Origin: Cyanobacteria bacterium OH_SFB_17
Lineage (GTDB): Bacteria > Cyanobacteriota > Vampirovibrionia > Gastranaerophilales > Gastranaerophilaceae
Direction of reading: 5' to 3'
Length of the DNA stretch: 64,000 bases
Assembly (NCBI GenBank): GCA_023395735.1
Contig: JAEWYI010000026.1
Span: 1,403 to 65,402 of the forward strand
The notes under the pieces: model-generated
Told to the model about the DNA's origin: nothing
Seen by the model: only the letters and a program-made list of their open reading frames with translations
Databases searched by the model: none
Position numbers and translations under genes: made by a program
Shown here: piece after piece, positions 26,899 through 34,961 of the stretch
Layout of the letters: every line of letters begins with the position of its first letter
Numbering within the stretch: position 1 is the first letter of the stretch

Positions 26899-27762
26899 AT
26901 GGAGTTCGAAAATATAGATTCATCTTATGCCGAAGGCCAAGATGACCAATTGCAAGCGGTTAAGAGTGATGAAAAGAATATTTTGTCGCAAAATGAGGAA
27001 TCATTTACTCATATTAACGAGAATATTGAAGAAGTTGAAAATTCTAAAATCATTAATGTTGAAAAAGAACTTTATGACGAAGTTTTGGATAAACTTGATA
27101 TTCAAAAAAAGAATGTTGACGATATACAAAACCAAAATGTTGAGAAAACACAGGTTGTTCAAAACAATTTTCAAAATTCTTTGATAAAGTCAAATGTTGA
27201 AAAAGCAATAAAAAATGATTTTATAAAAATTCAGCAAATGCAAAAAGCAGGCTTGATAAATTCTGCACAAGGGCAAAATTTACAAAAACAAGTACTAAGA
27301 AAAGCGTTTGATACTTTAGTACAGGCAGAAAAAAGCAAAGCAACTGCATTTTCTCAAAATTCAGTAGGCAAAAATTCAAATGAAATGAGCGCTCTTGAAG
27401 ACTTTACAAAAACAAATCCAGACTTTTTCAATGCAAATGGGAGAAAGGAAGTTTATGAGTTTTTGAAAACCGGTGTAGGTTCTATTGGAAAAGATGAATT
27501 GAATAAAATATCAGAAATTGTAAGAATAGTTGAAAAATCAGCAATAGATAGATATTTGCAAAAGGTGTCTTACGAAAAAACTTTAAAAGATTCAAATGAA
27601 ACTGCAAAGAAAAGATTGACTGCAAATGCGCAAAAATCTCGTTCTGCTGTGAATCTTTCAAGAAATTTTACACGTGAGCAAATCGGCAAAATGTCAAGTG
27701 CAGAATTTACAAAGTATGAGTCACAAATTATGGAACAGCTTAAAAAAGGGCTCATCAAGTAA
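26899..27762 (+). CDS. putative capsid scaffolding protein
   Basis: It is acidic and Gln-rich with predicted coiled coil. The C-terminal FTREQIGKMSSAEFTKYESQIMEQLKKGLI resembles the DUF4355-type scaffold ending. The RBS is ggagg. Confidence 0.5.
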   Translation: MEFENIDSSYAEGQDDQLQAVKSDEKNILSQNEESFTHINENIEEVENSKIINVEKELYDEVLDKLDIQKKNVDDIQNQNVEKTQVVQNNFQNSLIKSNVEKAIKNDFIKIQQMQKAGLINSAQGQNLQKQVLRKAFDTLVQAEKSKATAFSQNSVGKNSNEMSALEDFTKTNPDFFNANGRKEVYEFLKTGVGSIGKDELNKISEIVRIVEKSAIDRYLQKVSYEKTLKDSNETAKKRLTANAQKSRSAVNLSRNFTREQIGKMSSAEFTKYESQIMEQLKKGLIK

Positions 27763-27831
27763 GGAAAATAGGGTAGGGGCTGGGGTTTTTATATGCTCCT
27801 ATCCATAATTCCTATCCAAAAAGGAGAGAAG

Positions 27832-28470
27832 ATGAATTATTTTGATTTAATTAACAAATGTCTTGTCGAATTAAATTACAAAACGTGTGAATCGTTTACT
27901 GATTTGACAAAGAACGATCATGAGAAAATAAAAAATATTTTAAATATAATTAACGCAGAAGTTTGCGGATTTGATAATTGGAATTTTCTTTTGAGAAAAT
28001 TAGATGTGTTTTTGCCTAAAAATACTTCTGAAATTTTTAATAGTGTTGACGGAAGAATCCATGCTATTTATATTGACGATAAAAAGTATGAATATTTCCA
28101 CGATTTTGAAAAATTTATGCTAAACAGGCAACCCGCAAATACATATACAGTGTTTAATGACAAAATTCTTTTGCCGCTATTTAGTCAAAATAAAAATGCG
28201 CAAATCATTTATTATACAAATAATTTTGCGAAAGATGAAAACGGAAGCGACATTCTTTCTATGATAGCAGAAAAACATCAATCGTCGATTCCTTTTCCTT
28301 TTGTTGAGCCAATTTTGGTCTATGGTACATGTATGAGACTAAAAGGTAACACTGAATACAGCAAATTTTCTTACTGGTATGGTATGTATAAAGATTCGCT
28401 TGCAAATATGCGATCTAAAATAGGTTCAGATGCCTTGGCAACACCAAAAATCAAGCTCGAAAGGCAATAG
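27832..28470 (+). CDS. putative tail tubular protein A / head-tail adaptor-like protein
   Basis: The N-terminal DLINKCLVELNY...KIKNILNIINAEVCGFDNWNF parallels the pattern I recall from the T7 gp11 N-terminus (VNDILASIGE...RILNKINRQIQSRGWTF). The RBS is aaggaga. Confidence 0.4.
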   Translation: MNYFDLINKCLVELNYKTCESFTDLTKNDHEKIKNILNIINAEVCGFDNWNFLLRKLDVFLPKNTSEIFNSVDGRIHAIYIDDKKYEYFHDFEKFMLNRQPANTYTVFNDKILLPLFSQNKNAQIIYYTNNFAKDENGSDILSMIAEKHQSSIPFPFVEPILVYGTCMRLKGNTEYSKFSYWYGMYKDSLANMRSKIGSDALATPKIKLERQ

Positions 28471-28681
28471 TAAAATTTAAAAATGAAAAACAGGAAGGCT
28501 TAAAAAGTTAAACTAAAAAACAGGCAAGTCAGATGAAAGGAAATATCGAAACATGCCCAATAGATTTTAGTTTCCCATTCTTAGTCCCCCCTGTTAAGAT
28601 TTTACACTAGCCGAAATATAAATAGCATGACTATTATATACTTTTTTTTGGAAAAACACAAATAATTATAAGAAATGTAAT

Positions 28682-29116
28682 ATGAAAAACTTAACAAAAC
28701 AACAAAAACAATTTGTACAAGAATACATCAAAAGCCTTGATGCTGAACAATCTGCGCGCAATTCTGGTTATAAAACTAAGGATTTGAAAATTGTAACGGA
28801 ACGTTTACTTTCTAACAATTTCGTAATAAAAGAGATAAATAATCAGTTAAAAAAACAGATTTCAGCTTTGAGGGTTAACAAGGGGTATGTTGTACAAAAA
28901 TTCCTAGAAATAGCAGAATTTTCTCTTGAAGAAGAAGATATTTTAGATAAAGACGGTGGTTATACAGGCAAAAGAAGGCTTAGAGATGCTACGGTCGGAC
29001 TTCGGGCTTTGGAATCTTTGTGCAAGCATTTAGGCTTCAGTGAAAAAGATGGGGCTGACATTGATGATAGTCCTAAAATTATTACGATAAGCAATCTTGA
29101 TGAAAATAAAATATAG
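28682..29116 (+). CDS. terminase small subunit
   Basis: LTKQQKQFVQEYIKSLDAEQSARNSGYK is the HTH-like N-terminus typical of Terminase_2/P27-type TerS. Confidence 0.75.
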   Translation: MKNLTKQQKQFVQEYIKSLDAEQSARNSGYKTKDLKIVTERLLSNNFVIKEINNQLKKQISALRVNKGYVVQKFLEIAEFSLEEEDILDKDGGYTGKRRLRDATVGLRALESLCKHLGFSEKDGADIDDSPKIITISNLDENKI

Positions 29117-29127
29117 GAGTTCTAAAA

Positions 29128-29484
29128 ATGAAAAAAGACATAATTACTGATGAGCAAAGACTTTTAAGCAGTGCATCTTTGGATGATTTGATAAAGATGA
29201 AAATGGAAGAAGAAATGCTTAAGGAATTTGAAAAATCTAAAATCGTTAAGGAAAAACAGGTTATTACTGATATTTCAAAGGTGCCTTCAGATTTAATCTT
29301 TAGTAAAGGATCTGTTTTTAAAATTTTTAACAGAAAAAACAAGCTAGAATCTTTTATCAATGGAATTCAGGCTGAGGCAATGTTGGGTTTGCAGACTGCA
29401 TTGAGGGAAAAAATTAAATCAGGACAAATGGATGCTTTTTCAACGGAAAATGCTTATGTGAAATTTGAGAAAATTGTTTTGTAG
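29128..29484 (+). CDS. hypothetical phage protein
   Basis: RBS aggag is present, and a convergent terminator lies downstream. No family is recognised. Confidence 0.5.
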   Translation: MKKDIITDEQRLLSSASLDDLIKMKMEEEMLKEFEKSKIVKEKQVITDISKVPSDLIFSKGSVFKIFNRKNKLESFINGIQAEAMLGLQTALREKIKSGQMDAFSTENAYVKFEKIVL

Positions 29485-29520
29485 TTTAATTTTAAAATAA
29501 TTTTACTAGATACATCAAGA

Positions 29521-29564
29521 GGGTCCAACTATTTAAACAAAGTTTTGTTTAAATGGTTGGACCC
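29521..29564. terminator. bidirectional terminator between convergent genes inside the phage block
   Basis: Long hairpin GGGTCCAACTATTTAAACAAA / TTGTTTAAATGGTTGGACCC. Confidence 0.8.
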
Positions 29565-29595
29565 ACAAATTTTAAAACGAGGTTTTATGTTTGTA

Positions 29596-30051
29596 TTATT
29601 GAAGAATTATTGAAAAAATTTCATTTGCAAAAAGTACAAAGAACAAAAGCAAAACAAGTATAGCTAAAGCTTTTTGTGTATCTGCAAATAAAAATTCTCT
29701 TTTATTTTTTCTTAAATCTTTTATTCCTACAAATTCGTCTGTAAAAGGTTTTGCAGGGAGTGATTTTTCCATTTCTTCTATCACTTTTCCAAGTTTAACT
29801 TTTATCAAAAAGTTATAAGAGTCCATATTCATCCACCAAAGAATACAAATGGTCATGCCTGCAGCTGAAAAAATCAGAGTTGACGTTAGTCCATAAGCAA
29901 AAGTGAAATCTTTGGTTAAGAACATGATTAAAATCAAACCTAGGTTAAGAACAAGATAAAATTTGTTTGTAAAAAAACTTCTGTCAACAAAATGTTCTTT
30001 TTGCTCTGTGTAGAGCTTGTATTGTTGGAATAAAATTTCGTCAGAATTCAT
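29596..30051 (-). CDS. small multi-pass membrane protein on the opposite strand (moron-like)
   Basis: The N-terminal cytoplasmic segment is FQQYKLYTEQKEHFVDRSFFTNKFY, followed by 3-4 TM helices. It is the only minus-strand gene in the block. Confidence 0.65.
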   Translation of the reverse strand: MNSDEILFQQYKLYTEQKEHFVDRSFFTNKFYLVLNLGLILIMFLTKDFTFAYGLTSTLIFSAAGMTICILWWMNMDSYNFLIKVKLGKVIEEMEKSLPAKPFTDEFVGIKDLRKNKREFLFADTQKALAILVLLLFFVLFANEIFSIILQ

Positions 30052-30094
30052 ATAAACACCAGCCTTTCGTTGGAATAATTGTAAGGGTATATAG

Positions 30095-30643
30095 ATGAAA
30101 AGTCAAGAGTTAAAATCATTTAAGTTTGTCAAGATAATAATTGACAGAAAAAATAATCAATTTAAAAATTTGCATTTTTTACCAAAAATCGTTGATTTGT
30201 ACAAAAAATTTTCAAAATATTTATCAGATGATTATTTTTTGAATAGAGACAAAAACATTATTGATGCAGTAATGCAGCTTATAGAATCAGTGGGTCCCTA
30301 TTTTTGGGTGGTTGTAGATAGCGAAAGTCAGAAATTTGCAGGAATAGGTTTTTTAGAAAATTGGGTGGGAAGTAAAAATCAAGCTCATTCGGTAGAGGTT
30401 ACGACATGTTTTCATCCTGAATACTGGGGAAAATATACAAAAATTTGTGCTAAAAAATTTATAAAATATTGTTTCAAAAAATATAAATTAAAAAAGATGA
30501 AAGCATGTATTTTTCCTCAAAACACAAGGGTTAGGGCTTTGTTGAAACAGGCCGGTTTTAAATATGAAGCAAGATTGTATGCAGAAACATTGAAAGATGG
30601 AAAATTTCAAGATATCGAAGTTTTTTCAATAATTCGTAAATAA
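30095..30643 (+). CDS. GNAT family N-acetyltransferase (RimJ/RimL-like)
   Basis: HPEYWGKYTKICAKKFIKYCFKKYKLKKMKACIFPQNTRVRALLKQAGFKYEARL is a typical RimJ/L-type GNAT core. Confidence 0.75.
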   Translation: MKSQELKSFKFVKIIIDRKNNQFKNLHFLPKIVDLYKKFSKYLSDDYFLNRDKNIIDAVMQLIESVGPYFWVVVDSESQKFAGIGFLENWVGSKNQAHSVEVTTCFHPEYWGKYTKICAKKFIKYCFKKYKLKKMKACIFPQNTRVRALLKQAGFKYEARLYAETLKDGKFQDIEVFSIIRK

Positions 30644-30655
30644 AGGAGATTAATA

Positions 30656-32317
30656 ATGGAATTTAACAAAACTTATGAAGATTTAACAACAACACTAGAG
30701 GCAGATGAGGAGTTGCTTTTAGTTCAGAAACTTCCACAAAAATATGATGAATATGAAGCTTCCAGAACAGAGCAGCTGACCGACATAAAATTAATGCGTG
30801 ATACTATTTATACAAATCAGGTTCCCAAAATCAACGGTTGGGATTCAAAAATTGAACTTCCTGATATTTATGAGTTAGCGCAGACATTAAAATCACACAT
30901 TAGTGACAATTTGTACTCTCATCCGGATGCAATGTTTGATGTGTCAGGTACAAATCCTCAGTCGCAAGCTTTCGCCAATCGCCAAAAGGCTATGTTGGTA
31001 AATACTTTTGAGCAAATGAAGCTTGAAAATGAGTTGGAAAAAGTTATAGACGGAATTGTTGAATCAGGAGAATCAACTCTTTTTGTGGGGTGGGAAACCG
31101 ATATAAAATCAATAAGAAGAGCTCAAAATATTGAAGAGCAACTTGTTGCGCCAACTGATGACGGGTTTGTAGTTGAAAGCAAAATTGTATATGATAATCC
31201 AAAAATTAAATATATAAGTCCTGAAGATTTTGTTTTTGATACAGTTTCCAAAGATAATTGGGATGGCTGTTTAAAAATTTATCGAAATTATTCAAATATT
31301 GAGGAATTGGTTATTAACAAAGCAAATAATTTGTTGACCGAAGAAAAAATCGAGACTTTGAAAGGGGTGGTGGATAATAAATTTAAAAAAGATACAGATA
31401 AGTCAGTAGATGACAAAAGGGTTGAAGTTCTTGAATGTTGGGGTGATATTGAGTTAAGTAATGGAGAAATTTTAAAAAATTGGCTTGTCGTTGTGGCAGC
31501 AAGACGAGAAATCATAAGATTTGAACCAAATCCTTTTATTGCAAATCCATTTATCCACGCAAATATTATTGAATGTCCAAGAACATGTCGAGGAATTTCT
31601 CCTCTCAGAGTTGCTTTAATTTTAAATAATATTTCATCCACAATTTTAAACAAACAAATTGATGCTCTTGCCTTGATGATGAATCCACCATACTTGGCGC
31701 CTAAAGGTTGTTTCAAAGGGGAGCAGGTTGTAAAACCTGGAAAAATTATTGAGTATGATTCAGCACTTATGCCTACAGCTCCTACTGCACTAAGTTTTGA
31801 TAAAGCAATGCAGGGATGGGAGTTTTTGACTTATTTTAAATCGACTATTGAAAGTGCAACAGGGATTTTTAATAATATGTCCGGAAATCTTCAAACAGAG
31901 CAACGAACAGCAACAGAATTGAATTATTCTGTATCAGGGCAAACAACAAGATTGAATATGATGCTTGATGCAATTAATCGAAAAATTATAATTCCTATGG
32001 TAGAAAAAACAGCCGAGTTGATTGCAAATTTTAAAATTGGCCGCGAAATGATAAGTATTAATGATAGGGGAAGAACCTATTTTATTGAAATAGATGATGG
32101 GATAAGAAATGCAAATTATATATACAGATATGGTGACAGAAAAGCAACAATGGAGAGAAAAACAAAAATCAATGAGGTTTTCACAATCGTAAAATCGTTC
32201 GCAGAAGTACCTGCTGTTTCAAACCGTATAAACTGGCTTGAGTGTTTTAAATTTGCTCTTGAACAGTATGGAATTGAAAATGCTAATAATTTTTTGATTG
32301 ATAATACTTTGAATTAA
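30656..32317 (+). CDS. putative portal (head-tail connector) protein, podovirus type
   Basis: The size is 553 aa and it sits next to terL. The RGISPL...MMNPPY and EQRTATELNYSVSGQT segments parallel T7 gp8 segments as I recall them (YGRSYI...LVNPAG, ERVTAEEIRYVASE). Confidence 0.6.
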   Translation: MEFNKTYEDLTTTLEADEELLLVQKLPQKYDEYEASRTEQLTDIKLMRDTIYTNQVPKINGWDSKIELPDIYELAQTLKSHISDNLYSHPDAMFDVSGTNPQSQAFANRQKAMLVNTFEQMKLENELEKVIDGIVESGESTLFVGWETDIKSIRRAQNIEEQLVAPTDDGFVVESKIVYDNPKIKYISPEDFVFDTVSKDNWDGCLKIYRNYSNIEELVINKANNLLTEEKIETLKGVVDNKFKKDTDKSVDDKRVEVLECWGDIELSNGEILKNWLVVVAARREIIRFEPNPFIANPFIHANIIECPRTCRGISPLRVALILNNISSTILNKQIDALALMMNPPYLAPKGCFKGEQVVKPGKIIEYDSALMPTAPTALSFDKAMQGWEFLTYFKSTIESATGIFNNMSGNLQTEQRTATELNYSVSGQTTRLNMMLDAINRKIIIPMVEKTAELIANFKIGREMISINDRGRTYFIEIDDGIRNANYIYRYGDRKATMERKTKINEVFTIVKSFAEVPAVSNRINWLECFKFALEQYGIENANNFLIDNTLN

Positions 32318-32326
32318 TTTTCTTAA

Positions 32327-32355
32327 TAACGCGCCAGCGTCGCTGGCGCATTATT
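32327..32355 (+). terminator. GC-rich hairpin after the portal gene (weak T tract)
   Basis: GCGCCAG-CGTCG-CTGGCGC hairpin, flanked by AATAAC and ATTATTAATT. Confidence 0.45.
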
Positions 32356-32419
32356 AATTATTAGGTATTATGGGAAACTACAATCCATTTTGAGAATAAA
32401 ACATAGTCGGGATTTTTAC

Positions 32420-33712
32420 ATGAAATATAATTTATTAAAGTCGCAGAGAGAATTTTTAGAGATTCCGCATGATTACAGCTTGGATGTGGCTGTTTATCAG
32501 GGAGGTTTTGGCTCCGGAAAAACTTTTGCAGGGTCTCTTCTTGGAATTTTATTATGTATGAAATTTCCTGGAATAAGAGGGCTTGTTGGCGCTCAGACAT
32601 ATACTTTGGTCAGAGATACTACACTTCAGACTTACTTTGAGCATTTGGATAATCTTAAATTTAAGGAAGGGAAAGATTATGATTGGTCTTCTTCGCTTCA
32701 AAAATTGACTTTTAAAAACGGTTCTGAGATTTTGTTTCGTCATTTTGATGAGCCAAATAAGTTGAAATCTTTAAACTTAGGATTTGTTGAAATCGAGGAA
32801 ATGTCAGACATTCCTTTTTCTACGTTTAAGATGCTTTTGGGTAGAATGAGGCAGTCGGTAAAGTCTAATTGGCAAGATTTTACTTACAGGATTTTTGGGC
32901 ATACAAACCCTGAATTTCAAAGGGGTTGGGTATATAAAACTTTTTTGGAAGATATAAAACCTAATTACAGACTTATTTCTGCTCCTACAACACAAAATAT
33001 TTATTTACCTGAGGGATTTTGTGATGAGTTGAAAAAATTGTACGATGAAGAGTATTATAGAATTTTTGTTCTTGCTCAAAACGGGGAATATGATAAGGGG
33101 CTTATAATAAAAGATTTTTCATCCGAAAATATCAAAAATATTGAGTATCAGCAAGATATGGATTTGCATATTACTTGTGACTTTAACGTTGATCCAATGG
33201 CGTGGATTTTAGCTCATAAAACCGAAGAAAAAGTTTTTTTCTTTGATGAACTTGTGATTGAAAACACAACTACTGCAAAGGCATGCGATGAATTTTTCTA
33301 CAGATATCCAAAGCACAAAGGTAAAATTATAATTAACGGAGATGCATCAGGGGATAATAGAAGCTGTACAAGCGAGTTTACAAATTATGTAATCATAAAG
33401 AAAAAACTTGAAAGCTTTGGTTATCAAGATGTTGAAATTAAAATTAAGGCTTTTAATCCGCCAATAAAAAACAGAATTATGGCTTTCAATTCAAAAGTTC
33501 GCTCGGCTGATGGTGAGGTGAAGCTTTTTGTTGATAAAAAATGTGAAAAATTACTATATAATATATACAATTTGAGATACAAAGAAGGTTCTTCAAAAAT
33601 TGATTTGCCGACTTATACTCAAATAAAACAAGCAAAAGAATTGAAATTTCTTGGGCATCCAATGGATGCCGCCTCATATTTGGTTGAATTTTATTGGCCA
33701 ATTTCTTTGTAA
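32420..33712 (+). CDS. terminase large subunit
   Basis: Walker A is GGFGSGKTFAG and Walker B-like is LGFVEIEEMSD. The C-terminal nuclease-like region is CDFNVDP ... INGDASGD. I chose the start at MKYNLLKSQREFL. Confidence 0.85.
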   Translation: MKYNLLKSQREFLEIPHDYSLDVAVYQGGFGSGKTFAGSLLGILLCMKFPGIRGLVGAQTYTLVRDTTLQTYFEHLDNLKFKEGKDYDWSSSLQKLTFKNGSEILFRHFDEPNKLKSLNLGFVEIEEMSDIPFSTFKMLLGRMRQSVKSNWQDFTYRIFGHTNPEFQRGWVYKTFLEDIKPNYRLISAPTTQNIYLPEGFCDELKKLYDEEYYRIFVLAQNGEYDKGLIIKDFSSENIKNIEYQQDMDLHITCDFNVDPMAWILAHKTEEKVFFFDELVIENTTTAKACDEFFYRYPKHKGKIIINGDASGDNRSCTSEFTNYVIIKKKLESFGYQDVEIKIKAFNPPIKNRIMAFNSKVRSADGEVKLFVDKKCEKLLYNIYNLRYKEGSSKIDLPTYTQIKQAKELKFLGHPMDAASYLVEFYWPISL

Positions 33713-33788
33713 CAAATTGTTAATATAATTAAAGGTTATTAAAAAATATTCCGATATAAAAAAAGGATGATATAAAAGGAGTATTTTA

Positions 33789-34880
33789 ATGAGACTTTCA
33801 GGTATAAACTGGGGTAATTTGACACCCGATCAAATACTTGATATGGAAGAAAGCGGCGTAAGCGTTCCTTCTGAATATCTCGATTGGGCAGAGTCAATGA
33901 ATGGAAAGACCGACGACACCTTTGATGAAGTCACATCTACTGATTTGAACAATGATGCAGGTAGTACGAATGAGGCAAAGGCTTTGTATGAAGCTCTTTC
34001 TGATGAAGGTGTTTCGTTGATGGAAATTGCAGATATCTTTGAAAATAAATGCGAAGTTCAGGAATCAGATATGCTTGAGGCTATGACTCAGTTAAAACAA
34101 GCGCAAGAAGAATCTGATAGCGTTTCAAATCAGCTTGATAACGAAACAGCAACAACTATGTCCGAATTGGATGATCTTTTGAACCAGCTTGGGATTTCTC
34201 AAAACAATAAAAATTCAGGGACAAATACTTCAGGCGATGATTCCAATGATATTGTGGATAATATTAACGGAGTAGTTAATGATTCAACAGGAGTGACAAA
34301 CGGGCTTACCGCAAAACTTCAGGCTATCGGTTCAAAAATTTTATCGGTAGCAAAAAAAGCGACTAATGCTTCAGAAACTGCTAATCAAACTCTTGATATT
34401 GCAGACAAACTGGCTGATAAGGGCGGTATAAATCTTGCCAAAACATACGTTGGAGCAACTCTTGGAGGTGCAGCAGGCGGAATACTCGCAGGCGGTGGAA
34501 GCATCGGTTTGGCTGCAGTAGGCCTTATCGGCGGATTTTCTTTGATTCCTGTAATTGGCGTAGGCGTCGGAATCGGAATGCTGTTGGGCGGATTGTTTGG
34601 CGGCGGCAAAAAGAAAAAATATGCCAAAGAAGCTCAAGAAGCAAATCAAGCTGGTCAGCAACTCCAGAGTTTTGCAGATCAGGCAAAAGCTCAGTCTGCA
34701 GAAGCTGCAAAAGCTAATGGTTTCTCCCTTGTCACAGGTTCAAAAGCTGTTCAGGCTATTAAAAAGGCAGCTTCGTCGATTTCAGCTGAGCAAGCAGGAA
34801 CAGGCAGTGATTCTGTGGATTCAAGCACTCCTGAGGTGAGCACTGAAAGCGATGACTCAAATCCAAAGAAAAAAATATAA
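33789..34880 (+). CDS. hypothetical phage protein with an acidic N-terminal half and a Gly-zipper transmembrane segment
   Basis: RBS aaggag is present. The TM segment is GATLGGAAGGILAGGGSIGLAAVGLIGGFSLIPVIGVGVGIGMLLGGLFGGGKKKK, and the tail is Ala/Gln-rich. Confidence 0.55.
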   Translation: MRLSGINWGNLTPDQILDMEESGVSVPSEYLDWAESMNGKTDDTFDEVTSTDLNNDAGSTNEAKALYEALSDEGVSLMEIADIFENKCEVQESDMLEAMTQLKQAQEESDSVSNQLDNETATTMSELDDLLNQLGISQNNKNSGTNTSGDDSNDIVDNINGVVNDSTGVTNGLTAKLQAIGSKILSVAKKATNASETANQTLDIADKLADKGGINLAKTYVGATLGGAAGGILAGGGSIGLAAVGLIGGFSLIPVIGVGVGIGMLLGGLFGGGKKKKYAKEAQEANQAGQQLQSFADQAKAQSAEAAKANGFSLVTGSKAVQAIKKAASSISAEQAGTGSDSVDSSTPEVSTESDDSNPKKKI

Positions 34881-34898
34881 GATATAAATAGGTATTTT

Positions 34899-34946
34899 AT
34901 CAAAGCGGCGAAAAATCTTCGATTTTTCGCCGCTTTGATGTTTTAT
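34899..34946 (+). terminator. strong rho-independent terminator
   Basis: 19-bp stem ATCAAAGCGGCGAAAAATC / GATTTTTCGCCGCTTTGAT followed by GTTTTAT. Confidence 0.85.
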
Positions 34947-34961
34947 GAATGAGAGGTTTTT

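Noticed and set aside
26927-27184. An 85-aa alternative-frame ORF inside the scaffold-like gene. The minus-strand ORFs at 27570-27758, 29082-29360, 31288-31716 and 32361-33701 within phage genes belong to the same category.
   Set aside because: They overlap better-supported frames, and their Lys/Arg/Leu-rich composition is typical of off-frame AT-rich translation.
28471-28681. A possible pac/cos or repeat element in the 210-nt gap before TerS, based on two similar AAAAACAGG[AC]AAG words.
   Set aside because: There are only two short imperfect copies in an A-rich spacer. That is insufficient to call a packaging site.
34371-34839. Four overlapping ORFs on both strands across the Gly/Ala-rich part of the 33789-34880 gene.
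   Set aside because: The low-complexity GGN/GCN repeat DNA stays open in several frames. Only the long plus-strand frame has an RBS and a sensible N-terminus.
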